Shown here one piece after another: positions 51,813 to 61,197 of a DNA stretch of 64,000 bases. Every line of letters begins with the position of its first letter. Position 1 is the first letter of the stretch. The position numbers and the translations under genes were made by a program. A model generated the notes under the pieces. That model saw only the letters and a program-made list of their open reading frames with translations. It did not search any database and had not been told where the DNA came from. The stretch is from the NCBI GenBank assembly GCA_000092065.1, contig CP000582.1; one strand, written 5' to 3'. This DNA comes from Ostreococcus lucimarinus. Lineage: Eukaryota.

Positions 51813-52559
51813 ATGTCCCGCGCGACGCCGCGGATCCGCGCCGTCGTCCTCGCCCCGACCCGCGTTCGTTCGCGCGCGCGAGCGATGCCCACCGCCGTCG
51901 CCCCGCGCGCGTCGCCGCATCCCGAGCTCACCGTCTTCGACTTGGACGCCTGCACGTGGGACAAAGAGATGTTCGAGCTGCGAGAAATCGTCGACCCGAC
52001 GCGCTCGCGCCGCGGCTCGCTCGGTCCCGACTGCGGCGAAGGCGTCGTGGCCGCGATGAGCGGAAACACGCCGATCGCGCTGCATCCCGGCGCGCTGCGG
52101 GCGTTTCAACAGATTTGGCTCGGGACGCTCGAGACGCGCGCGGCGGCGGCGTCGAGCGCGGACACGCCGCTCGCCGTGCGAATCGGACGCAGCGCGTTGG
52201 ACGTCTTGGAGGTGTTTCCAGGCGTGACCGTCCGGCAGGTCTTCGCCAAAGGTTGGCCCGAGGGATTCGAGGGAAATTTGCAAATCGGTCGAACGCCGCC
52301 GCTGTCGCCGGACAAGGCGCGGACGCACTTTCCGATTTTACGACGCGAGACGGGCGTCGCGTACTCGCGCATGCTGTTCTTCGACGACTGTAACTGGGGC
52401 GACCACTGCGCCGCCGTCGAGCGCGGGTGCGTGTGCGAGGACACCGGTCTCGGTCCGGTGGTCGTGCGAACGCCCAGAGGTTTGCGCGTCGACGACTGGG
52501 AGCGCGGCTTGAGCCTCTACGCCGCCCGCGTCGCTTCCTGGAACGACGCCGCGTCCTGA
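51813..52559 (+). CDS. HAD-family phosphatase, magnesium-dependent phosphatase-1 (MDP-1)-like.
   Basis: The DxDx(T/C) motif is in VFDLDACTWDKEMF, and a C-terminal LFFDDCNWGDHC block is present. These give the MDP-1 arrangement. Confidence 0.65.
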   Translation: MSRATPRIRAVVLAPTRVRSRARAMPTAVAPRASPHPELTVFDLDACTWDKEMFELREIVDPTRSRRGSLGPDCGEGVVAAMSGNTPIALHPGALRAFQQIWLGTLETRAAAASSADTPLAVRIGRSALDVLEVFPGVTVRQVFAKGWPEGFEGNLQIGRTPPLSPDKARTHFPILRRETGVAYSRMLFFDDCNWGDHCAAVERGCVCEDTGLGPVVVRTPRGLRVDDWERGLSLYAARVASWNDAAS

Positions 52560-52776
52560 CCGCGCGACGCCGCGTCTCCCTCGCGAGCCGCGATTTCGTG
52601 ATTATTCGTTCGTATTGTTTGTCGTGAGACTTAGCCGAATCCGTAGCCACGCCGTTCGCTCGCTCGCTCGTTTCGCGCCGTCGCCGTCGCCTCGAGCCGA
52701 GAAGATCTCGCCTCGTCCGTCCCTCATCTTCCTCACGTCGCGCCTCGCGTCGCGCCTCGCGTCGCGTCATCGCGAC

Positions 52777-53397
52777 ATGAAAGTCACCGCGTTAACGCTA
52801 TGGAAATCTAACGGCGCCGACGACGATCCTAGCTTCCTCGGCGGCGCCACGGACGTCGCTGAATTTGGATTCTTCCAGCGCGCCTCGGTGCGCGAAATGT
52901 TGATCTTTATCTCTCGAACCGTCGCGAAACGCACGCCTCTGGGCGCGCGACAGAGCGTGCAGCAGGACGCGTACATGGTGCACGTGTCGAATAAGTCGGG
53001 CCTGGTCGCCGTGGCGGTGATGGATGAGGAATATCCGAGCAGAAGCGCGTTTTGCGTGCTGGGCAAGATGATGGACGAGTACGAGAGCGCGAACGGCGAA
53101 GGCGCGAACGAGGCGTGGCGCGCGGTGCGCGAGGATAAACCCGAGGGAGGACGCGCGAGTGAGATGCTGGAGGAAATGCTGGTGAAGTATCAAGACCCGA
53201 GCGCGGCGGATAAGATTTTGAAGATTCAGAGAGAGTTGGACGACACCAAGGTGGTGTTGCACAAAACCATCGATAGCGTGTTGGCGAGAGGGGAAAAGTT
53301 GGATAATTTGGTGGATAAGAGCACTGATCTATCGCTGGCGAGTCAGATGTTTTACAAACAGGCGAAGAAGCAGAATCAGTGCTGCACGATGATGTGA
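52777..53397 (+). CDS. YKT6: R-SNARE YKT6 (longin domain plus SNARE motif plus C-terminal CCxxM lipidation box).
   Basis: N-terminal longin region (MKVTALTLWK...). SNARE motif KIQRELDDTKVVLHKTIDSVLARGEKLDNLVDKSTDLSLASQMFYKQAKK. The C-terminus is CCTMM, a CCAIM-type prenylation/palmitoylation box. Confidence 0.85.
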   Translation: MKVTALTLWKSNGADDDPSFLGGATDVAEFGFFQRASVREMLIFISRTVAKRTPLGARQSVQQDAYMVHVSNKSGLVAVAVMDEEYPSRSAFCVLGKMMDEYESANGEGANEAWRAVREDKPEGGRASEMLEEMLVKYQDPSAADKILKIQRELDDTKVVLHKTIDSVLARGEKLDNLVDKSTDLSLASQMFYKQAKKQNQCCTMM

Positions 53398-53471
53398 TTT
53401 TTCGTCGGTTGTCATGAAAGACGCGAGCGTTTCTAGAAGGCTACGTTTCCTACTGCGCTAATAATTCTCTT

Positions 53472-54266
53472 CTACTCCGACGATCGCGCGCCCGCGCGCT
53501 CGGCTAAATACTCGTACGCATCGTACACGCGCTTAAACCTCGCTTCCGCGATCGGTTTCTTTTCGTCGTCGTGTCTATCCGGATGCCATTTCAAAGCCTG
53601 CTCGCGAAGCGCCGTCTTCAACGCCTCGGGCGTGACGAACTCGCTCGACTTCAACCCGAGCGCCTCGCAGTGCTCGCACCCGGCGCGCGCGTAGAACCCA
53701 TTCGCATCCACCCGCGCGCGGTCTCCACCACCCTCCCGCGAGCCGAAATACGCGCGAAAGAACGCCTCGTCGCCGTCGTCGCGAAGCCTCGAGTCCGCGA
53801 AACCGCCGCCGCCGCCTCGCTCTCGCGCGAACCTTCGAAACAACCGCGCCCCTTCCCGCGCCGTCTCCCGTCGCGCGTCGCGTCCATCATCAAACGCGCT
53901 CTCCTTCTTCCGTCCACGAATCTCGAACCCATCGAAATACCCCCCCACGTGCGTCCGCGCGTTTCCGTTTCGCCTCGCGCGCGCGCCCTCGCTCGCCTCC
54001 GCCTCGGCGAATCTGTACGTCCGCAGCCGCCGCTTCGCCTCGCTCCGCCTCGACCGCGCGCGCGCGCGTTCCTCGAACGTCGTCGTCGCGTTCGTCGTCG
54101 TCGCGCTCGCCGTCGCGTCCTCCCTCGTCGTCGTCGTCGTCGTCGTCGTCGTCCTCGTCGTCGTCCCGCGCGCGCCGCCGCCTCGCGCGCCGCGCGCGCC
54201 GTCGTCCGCGACCGCGCGCGCGAGTCCGCGCGCGAACCCCTCCGCGCGCGTCGCGCACCGCCGCAT
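53472..54266 (-). CDS. DnaJ (J-domain) protein with a C-terminal J-domain. The N-terminal extent is uncertain.
   Basis: ALKWHPDRHDDEKKPIAEARFKRVYDAYEYL is the HPD tripeptide in J-domain context. A (GTC)n microsatellite encodes poly-Thr. The candidate ATG is at 54266. Confidence 0.5.
   Translation of the reverse strand: MRRCATRAEGFARGLARAVADDGARGARGGGARGTTTRTTTTTTTTTREDATASATTTNATTTFEERARARSRRSEAKRRLRTYRFAEAEASEGARARRNGNARTHVGGYFDGFEIRGRKKESAFDDGRDARRETAREGARLFRRFARERGGGGGFADSRLRDDGDEAFFRAYFGSREGGGDRARVDANGFYARAGCEHCEALGLKSSEFVTPEALKTALREQALKWHPDRHDDEKKPIAEARFKRVYDAYEYLAERAGARSSE
54124..54166. repeat. (GTC)n trinucleotide microsatellite.
   Basis: About 14 tandem GTC units, lying in the J-protein coding frame as poly-T/D. 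Confidence 0.9.
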
Positions 54267-55082
54267 CGCGCGCCGCGCGCGCGCGCCGTTCCGCGCGCCG
54301 CGATGCGCCGCCGCGCGCGCGCGTACTTTGCGATCCACCGCCGCCGCGCGCGCTCGAACCTCGCGCCCGGTTTCGCCGCGCGCGCGTCGACCTCGCGCCG
54401 AGGTTCGTCGCGCGATCGCGCGCGCGATCGGAACCGAACCGACAAAAAATGGAGCGCCGACCCCCCACTCGCGACGAGTCCGGAACCAATAAATCGAAGG
54501 ATGCGATCGCGTCCCGCTCGCGCGTACTTTGCGCGCGCTGAACGCCAAGAGCGACGCCCGGGGTGCCGCGCGCGCGGCGCGACGATCCGGCGCCGATAGA
54601 CGCGTCGCGCGCGCGCGTCGACGCACACCGCGACGGTCGACGCGCGCGCTCGCGCTCGCGATCTTCGCGCGCACTTTTGTGCGTTCGTTTTCGCGCGTCG
54701 GAAGCGCGAGCACGCGGTCGCGCGGGCGCGACGCGCGCCGCGAACGCGCCGCGCGCCGCACCGCGCGCGCGGACCCTGGACGAGAATCGTCGTCGCGATC
54801 GCGGTCGCGCGTCGACGCGCGACGGACGCGGGCGTCGCGAGCGCGCGAGAGGCGCGCGTCGCGTATTCTCGCGTCGATCGCGCGCGCGGGCGCGCGCGAA
54901 CGGGCGCGCGTCGGCGATCGTCGGGGCGGAAGAGGCGATCGCGCGGATCGCGGCGGTTCGTCTTGGTGACGTTTTGGTGACCCGGCGCGCGGGACGCGGC
55001 GGCGGCGAGCGACGCGGTCGTCGAAGGCGACGATCGCGAAGGCGCGCGGACGGAGGAGGCGTGGAGACGCGGGCGGGCGACG

Positions 55083-57017
55083 ATGGAGACGATCGAGCGG
55101 GCGAGAGGGCGCGGAGACGCGAACGACGGGACGACGAGTAGGCGCGAGGCGCGCGGGGACGCGAACGAGCGAAGCGAGACGACGGCGAGCGAGGACGCGA
55201 TGGAGACGGGAGGGCGAGATGAGGACGCGAACGCGATGGGAAAGGATGACGGGAACGGTAAGGGGGTCGTGCATGGGATGTCGATATCGGCCGCGATCGC
55301 GGCGAGACCGACGATGGACGCGGAGTTGACGACGAAGGCTGTCGTGTCGCACGCGTTGGCGAAGAACGCGCACCTGCGAAAGGTTGCGGGCGAAAGCGCG
55401 GGCAAGGATCCGAAAAAAGGGAAACCAAAGAAAGAGAAACCGCCGAATCAGTCGCGAGAGAACCGGCGCGTGCGACAGTTTCGGAGCGCGTCGGAGATTT
55501 CGCAAGAGGAGCTTTCGAGTTGCTTTCATCTTCCATCCGAGGCTGCGTGCCGAAAGCTCGGCGTCGGTTTGACGGTTTTGAAGCGCCAGTGTCGCAAATA
55601 CGGCATCGCGCGTTGGCCGTTCCGCAAGATGAAATCGCTCGATCGCCTCATCACGAACGTGCAAGCTGGAATTTCGCCAGGCGATCAGAATAAACTTCTC
55701 GTCAAATCGGTGGAGGAGCTCGAAGATCAAAAACGCAGGATGGAGGAATGCGCGGTGTTGGATTTGGACGACACCACAAAGAAATTGCAGCAGGCGTATT
55801 CGAAGGCTAACCACAAGGCGCGAAGAAATCGAAGCGATGCGTCGCGGATTCGAGCCGTCGCCGCGGCGCAAGCCGTTCGCGAGCTTCAGGCGCGCGCTCG
55901 AGGCGGGTACGGAGAAGAACCGAACGGTGCGAGCGGCATGCTGTTGGACCTCGCGCACGAGCTCGCTATGGGATCAGAAAATGGAGATGACGACGACGAA
56001 GGCTCGTCGGACGATGGGTTCGACAACGAAGACGAAGATGTGACTACCGATGCGGACGCCGGCGCTTCGACGCCGGCGTCGCGAGGGGCGAAATCGGCGA
56101 GCGGCGCGACGACTCCGGATAGAATCACACCGACGAACAACAGCGATGGAACTCCGTTGCAAAGTGCACCGCAACTGCTGAGCAACACGCCGAGCGACGC
56201 CGGTGCGGCGATACCGAACATTGTGAAGGACGAAGGCGGCGACGGCGGCGCGCCGTCGTCCAACGTCATGGTGCAGAAAGGTTCGGCAAACGCCAATGAA
56301 TTCGTCAAGGTGGACAAGGTGCTAACCGCGGTGCGAGGCACGTGGTCTCCGGCGCGACCAGCGAGAAAAACTGATGACTTAGACGGTGCGGAGGCGTTTC
56401 TCAGTCCAGCGAGCAGGCGCAAAGGTGGTAAGTTGGGAGAGGCGTTGAGCGACGACGAATACGAAAAGATCACCATGTCGGTGCAAAAACGACGAGGTCG
56501 TCCTCCTGGACCATCCAAGCGCGGACGTAAGCGTAAGGGTGCCGAAGTTGAAGACGACCCACTCGCCTCGCTCGCCGCCGCCGCTTTGGATTCCATGGGC
56601 ACGACGAAGAAGACAGCCGTCGCCGCGACGCGCGGACGTCCGAAATCCGTGCCTGCTGCGGATAAAACGAGCAGACTCACCGCGTCTGGAAAGATTACCG
56701 CGGCGTCAAAGTACAGGATGGACGTCCCCGCGGTGACGGAAGATCACCCGGCGTACGGCTTGACGGCGGGCTTCACCGCCAAAGGCGCGAGAAGCGGCGT
56801 CGCGTCACGACTCAGTCAAGTCGAGCGCAGCGACCTCGAGCACTTGCTCCGCGAACGCCTGAAAAAAGGTAAGATGGCGCTGTGCGACGCGTTCGGTATC
56901 GCTCCCGCGGAATACGACCAACACTTCGACCCAAAGCTTCAAGCCACGTCGCTCACGAACGCCGTCGAGAAGCTCGCGGTGAAGAGCGCAGCCAAAATGC
57001 GCCGCCTCGAGGCGTGA
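55083..57017 (+). CDS. RWP-RK domain transcription factor with AT-hook motifs.
   Basis: The RWP-RK domain is EELSSCFHLPSEAACRKLGVGLTVLKRQCRKYGIARWPFRKMKSL. The AT-hooks are KRRGRPPGPSKRGRKRKG and TRGRPKSVP. Confidence 0.8.
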   Translation: METIERARGRGDANDGTTSRREARGDANERSETTASEDAMETGGRDEDANAMGKDDGNGKGVVHGMSISAAIAARPTMDAELTTKAVVSHALAKNAHLRKVAGESAGKDPKKGKPKKEKPPNQSRENRRVRQFRSASEISQEELSSCFHLPSEAACRKLGVGLTVLKRQCRKYGIARWPFRKMKSLDRLITNVQAGISPGDQNKLLVKSVEELEDQKRRMEECAVLDLDDTTKKLQQAYSKANHKARRNRSDASRIRAVAAAQAVRELQARARGGYGEEPNGASGMLLDLAHELAMGSENGDDDDEGSSDDGFDNEDEDVTTDADAGASTPASRGAKSASGATTPDRITPTNNSDGTPLQSAPQLLSNTPSDAGAAIPNIVKDEGGDGGAPSSNVMVQKGSANANEFVKVDKVLTAVRGTWSPARPARKTDDLDGAEAFLSPASRRKGGKLGEALSDDEYEKITMSVQKRRGRPPGPSKRGRKRKGAEVEDDPLASLAAAALDSMGTTKKTAVAATRGRPKSVPAADKTSRLTASGKITAASKYRMDVPAVTEDHPAYGLTAGFTAKGARSGVASRLSQVERSDLEHLLRERLKKGKMALCDAFGIAPAEYDQHFDPKLQATSLTNAVEKLAVKSAAKMRRLEA

Positions 57018-57186
57018 TCTAGCTCCCCGTATTTCGACAATAATTGTAAGATATGCTCACGACCGAATCGTGCCCGTCTCGCGTCGCTCGCGTCTCGATT
57101 TCGTCGCGCCCGCCGAGTCGCGCTCGCGTTCTGGACCCTAAGCGTCGTCGCGCCCGCCACTCTCGAGCGCGCGCCGTCTTCGCACG

Positions 57187-58240
57187 ATGCCCTCCCTCAG
57201 CGCCCCAGGCACGATCTCAAAGATCAGCGTCACCCCGTCCGTGGTGTTGAACGTGTGCGACAGGTACGCGCGCGCGCGAACGCGCGGCGACGAAACGTCA
57301 CGACGTGACGAACCTAAAAATTGCGGCGAACGTGAAAACGACGCGAAAGCGACGTCGCGCGACGCGCGCGGACGCGATGACGCGCGCGAGAGCGATGTGA
57401 CTGACGGTCGTCGACGCTGCGCGAACGAACAGCTACGTGCGACGCGGTGAGGCGGTGGACAAGGTGATCGGCGCGGTGCTCGGGACGGCGACGACGACGG
57501 CGGACGGTCGCGTCGTCGTCGTCGCGCGCACGTCGTACGCGATTCCGTGCCACGATCGCGATGGGGAAATGTTCGTGGACGTTGAATTTCATAAGACCAT
57601 GCTCGGATTGCACGCGAGGGTGAACCCGGAGGAACGCGTGGTCGGGTGGTTTAGCGCGGGGAGCGTGACGCCGGAGGCGCGAGCGCTCGTGCACGAATTC
57701 TTCGCCAAGGAAGCGCTGAATGGGACGCCCGTGCACGTGATGTTAGATGCGGACTTCACCGGTGCTGGAAACGGCGGGGAGATGCTCAGCGCGAGCGTCG
57801 GGGACACGGTGCTGGCGACGACGGATCGGGAGAGCGGCGAGAGCCGATCGGCGGGCGTGTGGTTTAGCGAAATCGAGTGCGAGGTGGATCTTCAGCAAGC
57901 CACAAAGTTGGGCGTCGAATCGCTTCGATCCGCGAGCTCGGCGAAAGACGACGACGACGTCGCTGGGCTGGCGCAGACTATGGGTAAATTGGGTAAGCTG
58001 TTGACGGACGCGCAGGCGTACGTCGACGCGGTGGTGCGCGGCGAACGTCAGGGCGACGCCGAAGTCGGTCGCGCGCTCTCCGCCGCGCTCGCCGGTGTCC
58101 CGCAGCTCACGAAGGCGCAGTTCGACAAGGTGTTCGGAGACAGCGCCGAGGATGTGATGATGGTGCGGTACTTGACGAATTTGACGAGGACGCAGCTCAC
58201 GCTCGCGGAAAAATTGCACACCGCCGCGCTCATCGTCTAA
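57187..58240 (+). CDS. EIF3F: Eukaryotic translation initiation factor 3 subunit F (eIF3f, MPN domain). Two exons: 57187..57263 and 57433..58240.
   Basis: The exon 2 blocks VDVEFHKTMLGLHARVNPEERVVGWFSAG and VMMVRYLTNLTRTQLTLAEKL match eIF3f ([29 protein letters not shown] ... [21 protein letters not shown]). Exon 1 (MPSLSAPGTISKISVTPSVVLNVCDR) supplies the missing start of the MPN domain. The spliced junction reads ...CDS|YVRRGEAVDKVIG, matching the human DSYERRNEGAARVIG. Confidence 0.9.
57264..57432 (+). other. Intron (169 nt) in eIF3f.
   Basis: Donor AG|GTACGC, branch GTGACTGACGGT 22 nt upstream of the acceptor AACAG. The spliced frame reproduces a conserved eIF3f block. Confidence 0.85.
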
Positions 58241-58446
58241 GCGTCGTACCAGTACACTAGTTTGTTAATACTCGAGCCAAGGAGAAAATCATTCGATTCG
58301 TTCCCGTCGCGCCCGCCGCGACGTCGTCTCGCGCGTTCCTTAACGTGTTTTCGCCGCGACGTCGTCTCGCGCGTCGCTCGTTATTTTACACTTCATTCTA
58401 CACGCGTCGCGCGTCGCCTCCCCGCTCCCCGCATCGCTCGGCCCCA

Positions 58447-59076
58447 TCACCTCCCCGGCGTGAACGTCTCTCGCAGCGCCTCCCCTCCCGAGATCGACCA
58501 CGTCTGTCTCTGCTCCACGATGAGCCCCGCGTCCGCGCTCCCGTCGTTCGGTCTCAACTTCCACGTGATGTGTCCCTCGTACGGCGGCACGCGCGGATTC
58601 CAAGGCAGTTTCAGGTATCCCTCCGCCCTGTAATCCCCCTCGATCGTCGTCGCGTCCACCAACCGCAAGTCTCCGATCAACCGCACGCTCGACCGTCGCT
58701 CGTCGAACAGCGCGCGCACCGCGCGCAGGTACCGCTCGAGCCCTCGCACGTCCGTCGTCGGATCGACGAACCGACAGTCGCGCGCGAAGATGGCCTCCGT
58801 GAGCTCGCCCGTGACGAAGTACTGCCGCGTCGCGACGTCCTCGCGCAGCGTCGCCATGGTTTCTTCCGCGCGTCTTCGCGCGTCGTCCGTCGTCGTCGCC
58901 GCGCGCGCGCGCGCGTCGTCGGCGTCGTCTCGCGCGCGCGTCGCGACGAGCGCGACGCCCGCGACCATGGCGCGGCGCGTCGGCGCGCGCGAGGGTCCGC
59001 GCGCGACGCGCGGCGTCGCCGCCGCGCGCGTCGGCGTCGCCATCGGCGCCATCTGACGACGCGCGCGTCGCGGCAT
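58447..59076 (-). CDS. DUF2358-like (NTF2-fold) conserved protein of cyanobacteria and plastids, with a transit peptide.
   Basis: The mature region YFVTGELTEAIFARDCRFVDPTTDVRGLERYLRAVRALFD...LKLPWNPRVPPYEGHITWKL resembles the DUF2358 family. The N-terminus is presequence-like. The start is one of several ATGs between 59052 and 59118. Confidence 0.55.
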   Translation of the reverse strand: MPRRARRQMAPMATPTRAAATPRVARGPSRAPTRRAMVAGVALVATRARDDADDARARAATTTDDARRRAEETMATLREDVATRQYFVTGELTEAIFARDCRFVDPTTDVRGLERYLRAVRALFDERRSSVRLIGDLRLVDATTIEGDYRAEGYLKLPWNPRVPPYEGHITWKLRPNDGSADAGLIVEQRQTWSISGGEALRETFTPGR

Positions 59077-59431
59077 GGCGACGCGCGACGGCGACGGCGA
59101 CGCGGCGACGACGTTCACGCCCGCGACGCTCCGCGCGCTCGTCGAGCGCTCGAACGGCGCGCTGTGCGCGTTCGCGTGCGACGGCGTCGTGTTCGACGCG
59201 ACGCTCGGGAAAGATTTCTACGGCGTCGGTGGACCGTACGCCGCGCTGAACGGACGCGACGCGACGCGGGCGCTGGCGACGATGAAGATCAACGTGTCGG
59301 ACGCGGACGAGGCGCTCGGCGCGCGCGGGCTGACGGAGGAGGAGTTGAAGACGCTGGGGGAGTGGCGCGCGAAGTTTGAGAGCAAGTATCCGCGGTTGGG
59401 GACGTTTGAGCGGCGAGGCGAAGGAAACTGA
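59075..59431 (+). CDS. Cytochrome b5-like heme/steroid-binding domain protein (MAPR family).
   Basis: FTPATLRALVERSNGALCAFACDGVVFDATLGKDFYGVGGPYAALNGRDATRALATM matches the MAPR/cyt-b5-like fold signature (...GKVFDVT.G..FYGP.GPY..FAGRDASR). Confidence 0.7.
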   Translation: MATRDGDGDAATTFTPATLRALVERSNGALCAFACDGVVFDATLGKDFYGVGGPYAALNGRDATRALATMKINVSDADEALGARGLTEEELKTLGEWRAKFESKYPRLGTFERRGEGN

Positions 59432-59541
59432 GAGAGAAGCGCGCGGAGCGCGGCGTTTTAGCGAGCGGAGGTGTGTTGTAATTGAAAAAACAAATCAACC
59501 GTCGAAGGCGTCGAACGAGCGCGCGAGACGAGGCGACCGGG

Positions 59542-61128
59542 TCATTTGAGCAAGTCGCCGACGAAATCGAAGGCTTTGGTTTGCGAGAGGCGCGTCGCGT
59601 CCGTCGTCGGGGGGACGTCGCGGAGCGCCTCGAGCCCGGGACCGCGCATCGGTGCGGTCGGTGGGACGTACGAGGACGGCGGCGCGGACGCGAAGTCGGT
59701 CGTGAGACCGGCGAGCGGGTCGACGAACGCGGTCGGCGGCGCCGTCGGCGGCGACGCGACGGAGAGGTCGCCGAGCTGGGCGAGTAAATCCGTCGTCGCC
59801 GCGGGCGCCGCGCCGGGCGCCGCGCCGGGCGTCGCGCCGGACGTCGCGCCGCGTCGAAGTGCCTCCGCGCACGCTTTGGCCTTGTGCTTCAACTGCGCGT
59901 GCGTCGACGCGTCGTTCGCGACGGCGTCGAGCAAATCCATCGCCGACGAGTTCGCGAAGACATCGGCGAGCCAACGATGCGAACTCGTCGACGCGGCGCG
60001 TTCGAGGACGTTCACCGCGCGATAAGCGCCGCGCCAGCCTTCTTCGCCGCTAGCGTACGTCAGCAAACGCTCCGAAAGCGCGACGACGACGCCTTGAGCG
60101 TTCAATCTCGATCCCGTTCGCAAGAAATCTTCGACGTCGGCTTCCGCGGGCACCAATCTTACGCCGCTCGGCGTGCAAAGCTTATCTATCGCGCGCTTCT
60201 CCTCGGAGCCGTCTAAAACGAACGCCTCGCTCGTTCTCGACGTCATCGCGCTCGTCTGCGCCGTTGTCTCGGCTCGCGCCGGCGTCGCCGACGCGAAGTC
60301 CGAAAGCAAATCCCCCACGCCGCTCGTCGATGCCGCCGCCACTTTCTTCACCGGCGACGGCGGTCGAAGTGGTTTCCATTTCGCCTCACTCGCCTCGACG
60401 CGCAGCTTCGGCGTGGACTTGAGCGCGTCCCCCAACGGGGCGTCCAACGTTCCCGGCTTCGTCGTCCTCGGCGGCGTCGTTCGATACGCGTCCGCCGCGC
60501 CGCTCTCCACCGCCCGCGCGTCGCGTCCATCCCCGAACCCTTCCATCGCGCGCCCTCCCACCGTCCTCGTCCCCGCGTCGCTCCCCGCGTCGCGTTCGCT
60601 CCCGAAAATCGCCGCCATGCACTCCTTCGCCGCGTCTCGCACCGCCGCGCGCGGCGCGTCTCCCTTCGTCGGATGCGGCGCCCCCGTCGCCGTCTGCAGC
60701 GCCCGCACGCGGCTCGACAATTTCGCCATCTCCCTCGCGAACGTCGTCGAGCGCCGCTCGCCTCCCTCGCAGCACTTCGCGATCAGTCGCAGCGCCTTTC
60801 GCTGCACGTACGGCGACGCGTGCTCGGCGCGTCGCGTCAGGTGTTCGCACGCGTCCCGCGCGTCGTCTCCGGTCAGCGCCGACGCCATCTCCGCGAGCTG
60901 CGCCGTCGCGTACGCTGGGGTGTTCGCGAGCGCGTCTCGCGTCGCGTCAGTCGTCGAGATTCTTTGTCGTCGTCGGATGATTCGAGATTCGCGTCGTCGA
61001 GATTCGCGTCGATTTCGCGCGCGTCGCGTCGCGCGCGCACCCGGCGTCGGGTGCTCGTCGTCGATCAGCGCCTGGTCGAACCGCGCGCGGCGCACGCGGC
61101 GCTCGATGAACGCGCTCGCGCCGAACAT
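59542..61128 (-). CDS. ENTH/VHS-domain protein (tepsin-like). Tentative.
   Basis: An N-terminal ENTH-like helical region (SPYVQRKALRLIAKCCEGG) and a second VHS-like region (VVVALSERLLTYASGEEGWRGAYRAVNVLERAA) are present. The C-terminus is proline-rich. The ORF-track part upstream of 61128 overlaps the bestrophin gene and is rejected. Confidence 0.45.
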   Translation of the reverse strand: MFGASAFIERRVRRARFDQALIDDEHPTPGARATRRARNRRESRRRESRIIRRRQRISTTDATRDALANTPAYATAQLAEMASALTGDDARDACEHLTRRAEHASPYVQRKALRLIAKCCEGGERRSTTFAREMAKLSSRVRALQTATGAPHPTKGDAPRAAVRDAAKECMAAIFGSERDAGSDAGTRTVGGRAMEGFGDGRDARAVESGAADAYRTTPPRTTKPGTLDAPLGDALKSTPKLRVEASEAKWKPLRPPSPVKKVAAASTSGVGDLLSDFASATPARAETTAQTSAMTSRTSEAFVLDGSEEKRAIDKLCTPSGVRLVPAEADVEDFLRTGSRLNAQGVVVALSERLLTYASGEEGWRGAYRAVNVLERAASTSSHRWLADVFANSSAMDLLDAVANDASTHAQLKHKAKACAEALRRGATSGATPGAAPGAAPAATTDLLAQLGDLSVASPPTAPPTAFVDPLAGLTTDFASAPPSSYVPPTAPMRGPGLEALRDVPPTTDATRLSQTKAFDFVGDLLK

Positions 61129-61197
61129 CGCGTCTAAAAGTGACGCGCGCGCGAGTTCGTTACTCCGCGACGTCGACTGCGCGTCGATTCGCGCGCG

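Noticed and set aside
53651-55405. Minus-strand ORFs of 584 and 548 aa, and plus-strand ORFs at 53571..54599 and 54563..55141.
   Set aside because: They are poly-Arg/Ala junk across the J-protein/RWP-RK intergenic and 5' regions. Only the C-terminal J-domain frame (53472..54266) and the RWP-RK frame are credible.
57187-57450. An 87-aa ORF listed as a separate reading frame.
   Set aside because: It is exon 1 of eIF3f read through into the intron. After splicing at GTACGC...ACTGACG...CAG it joins the 57437 frame.
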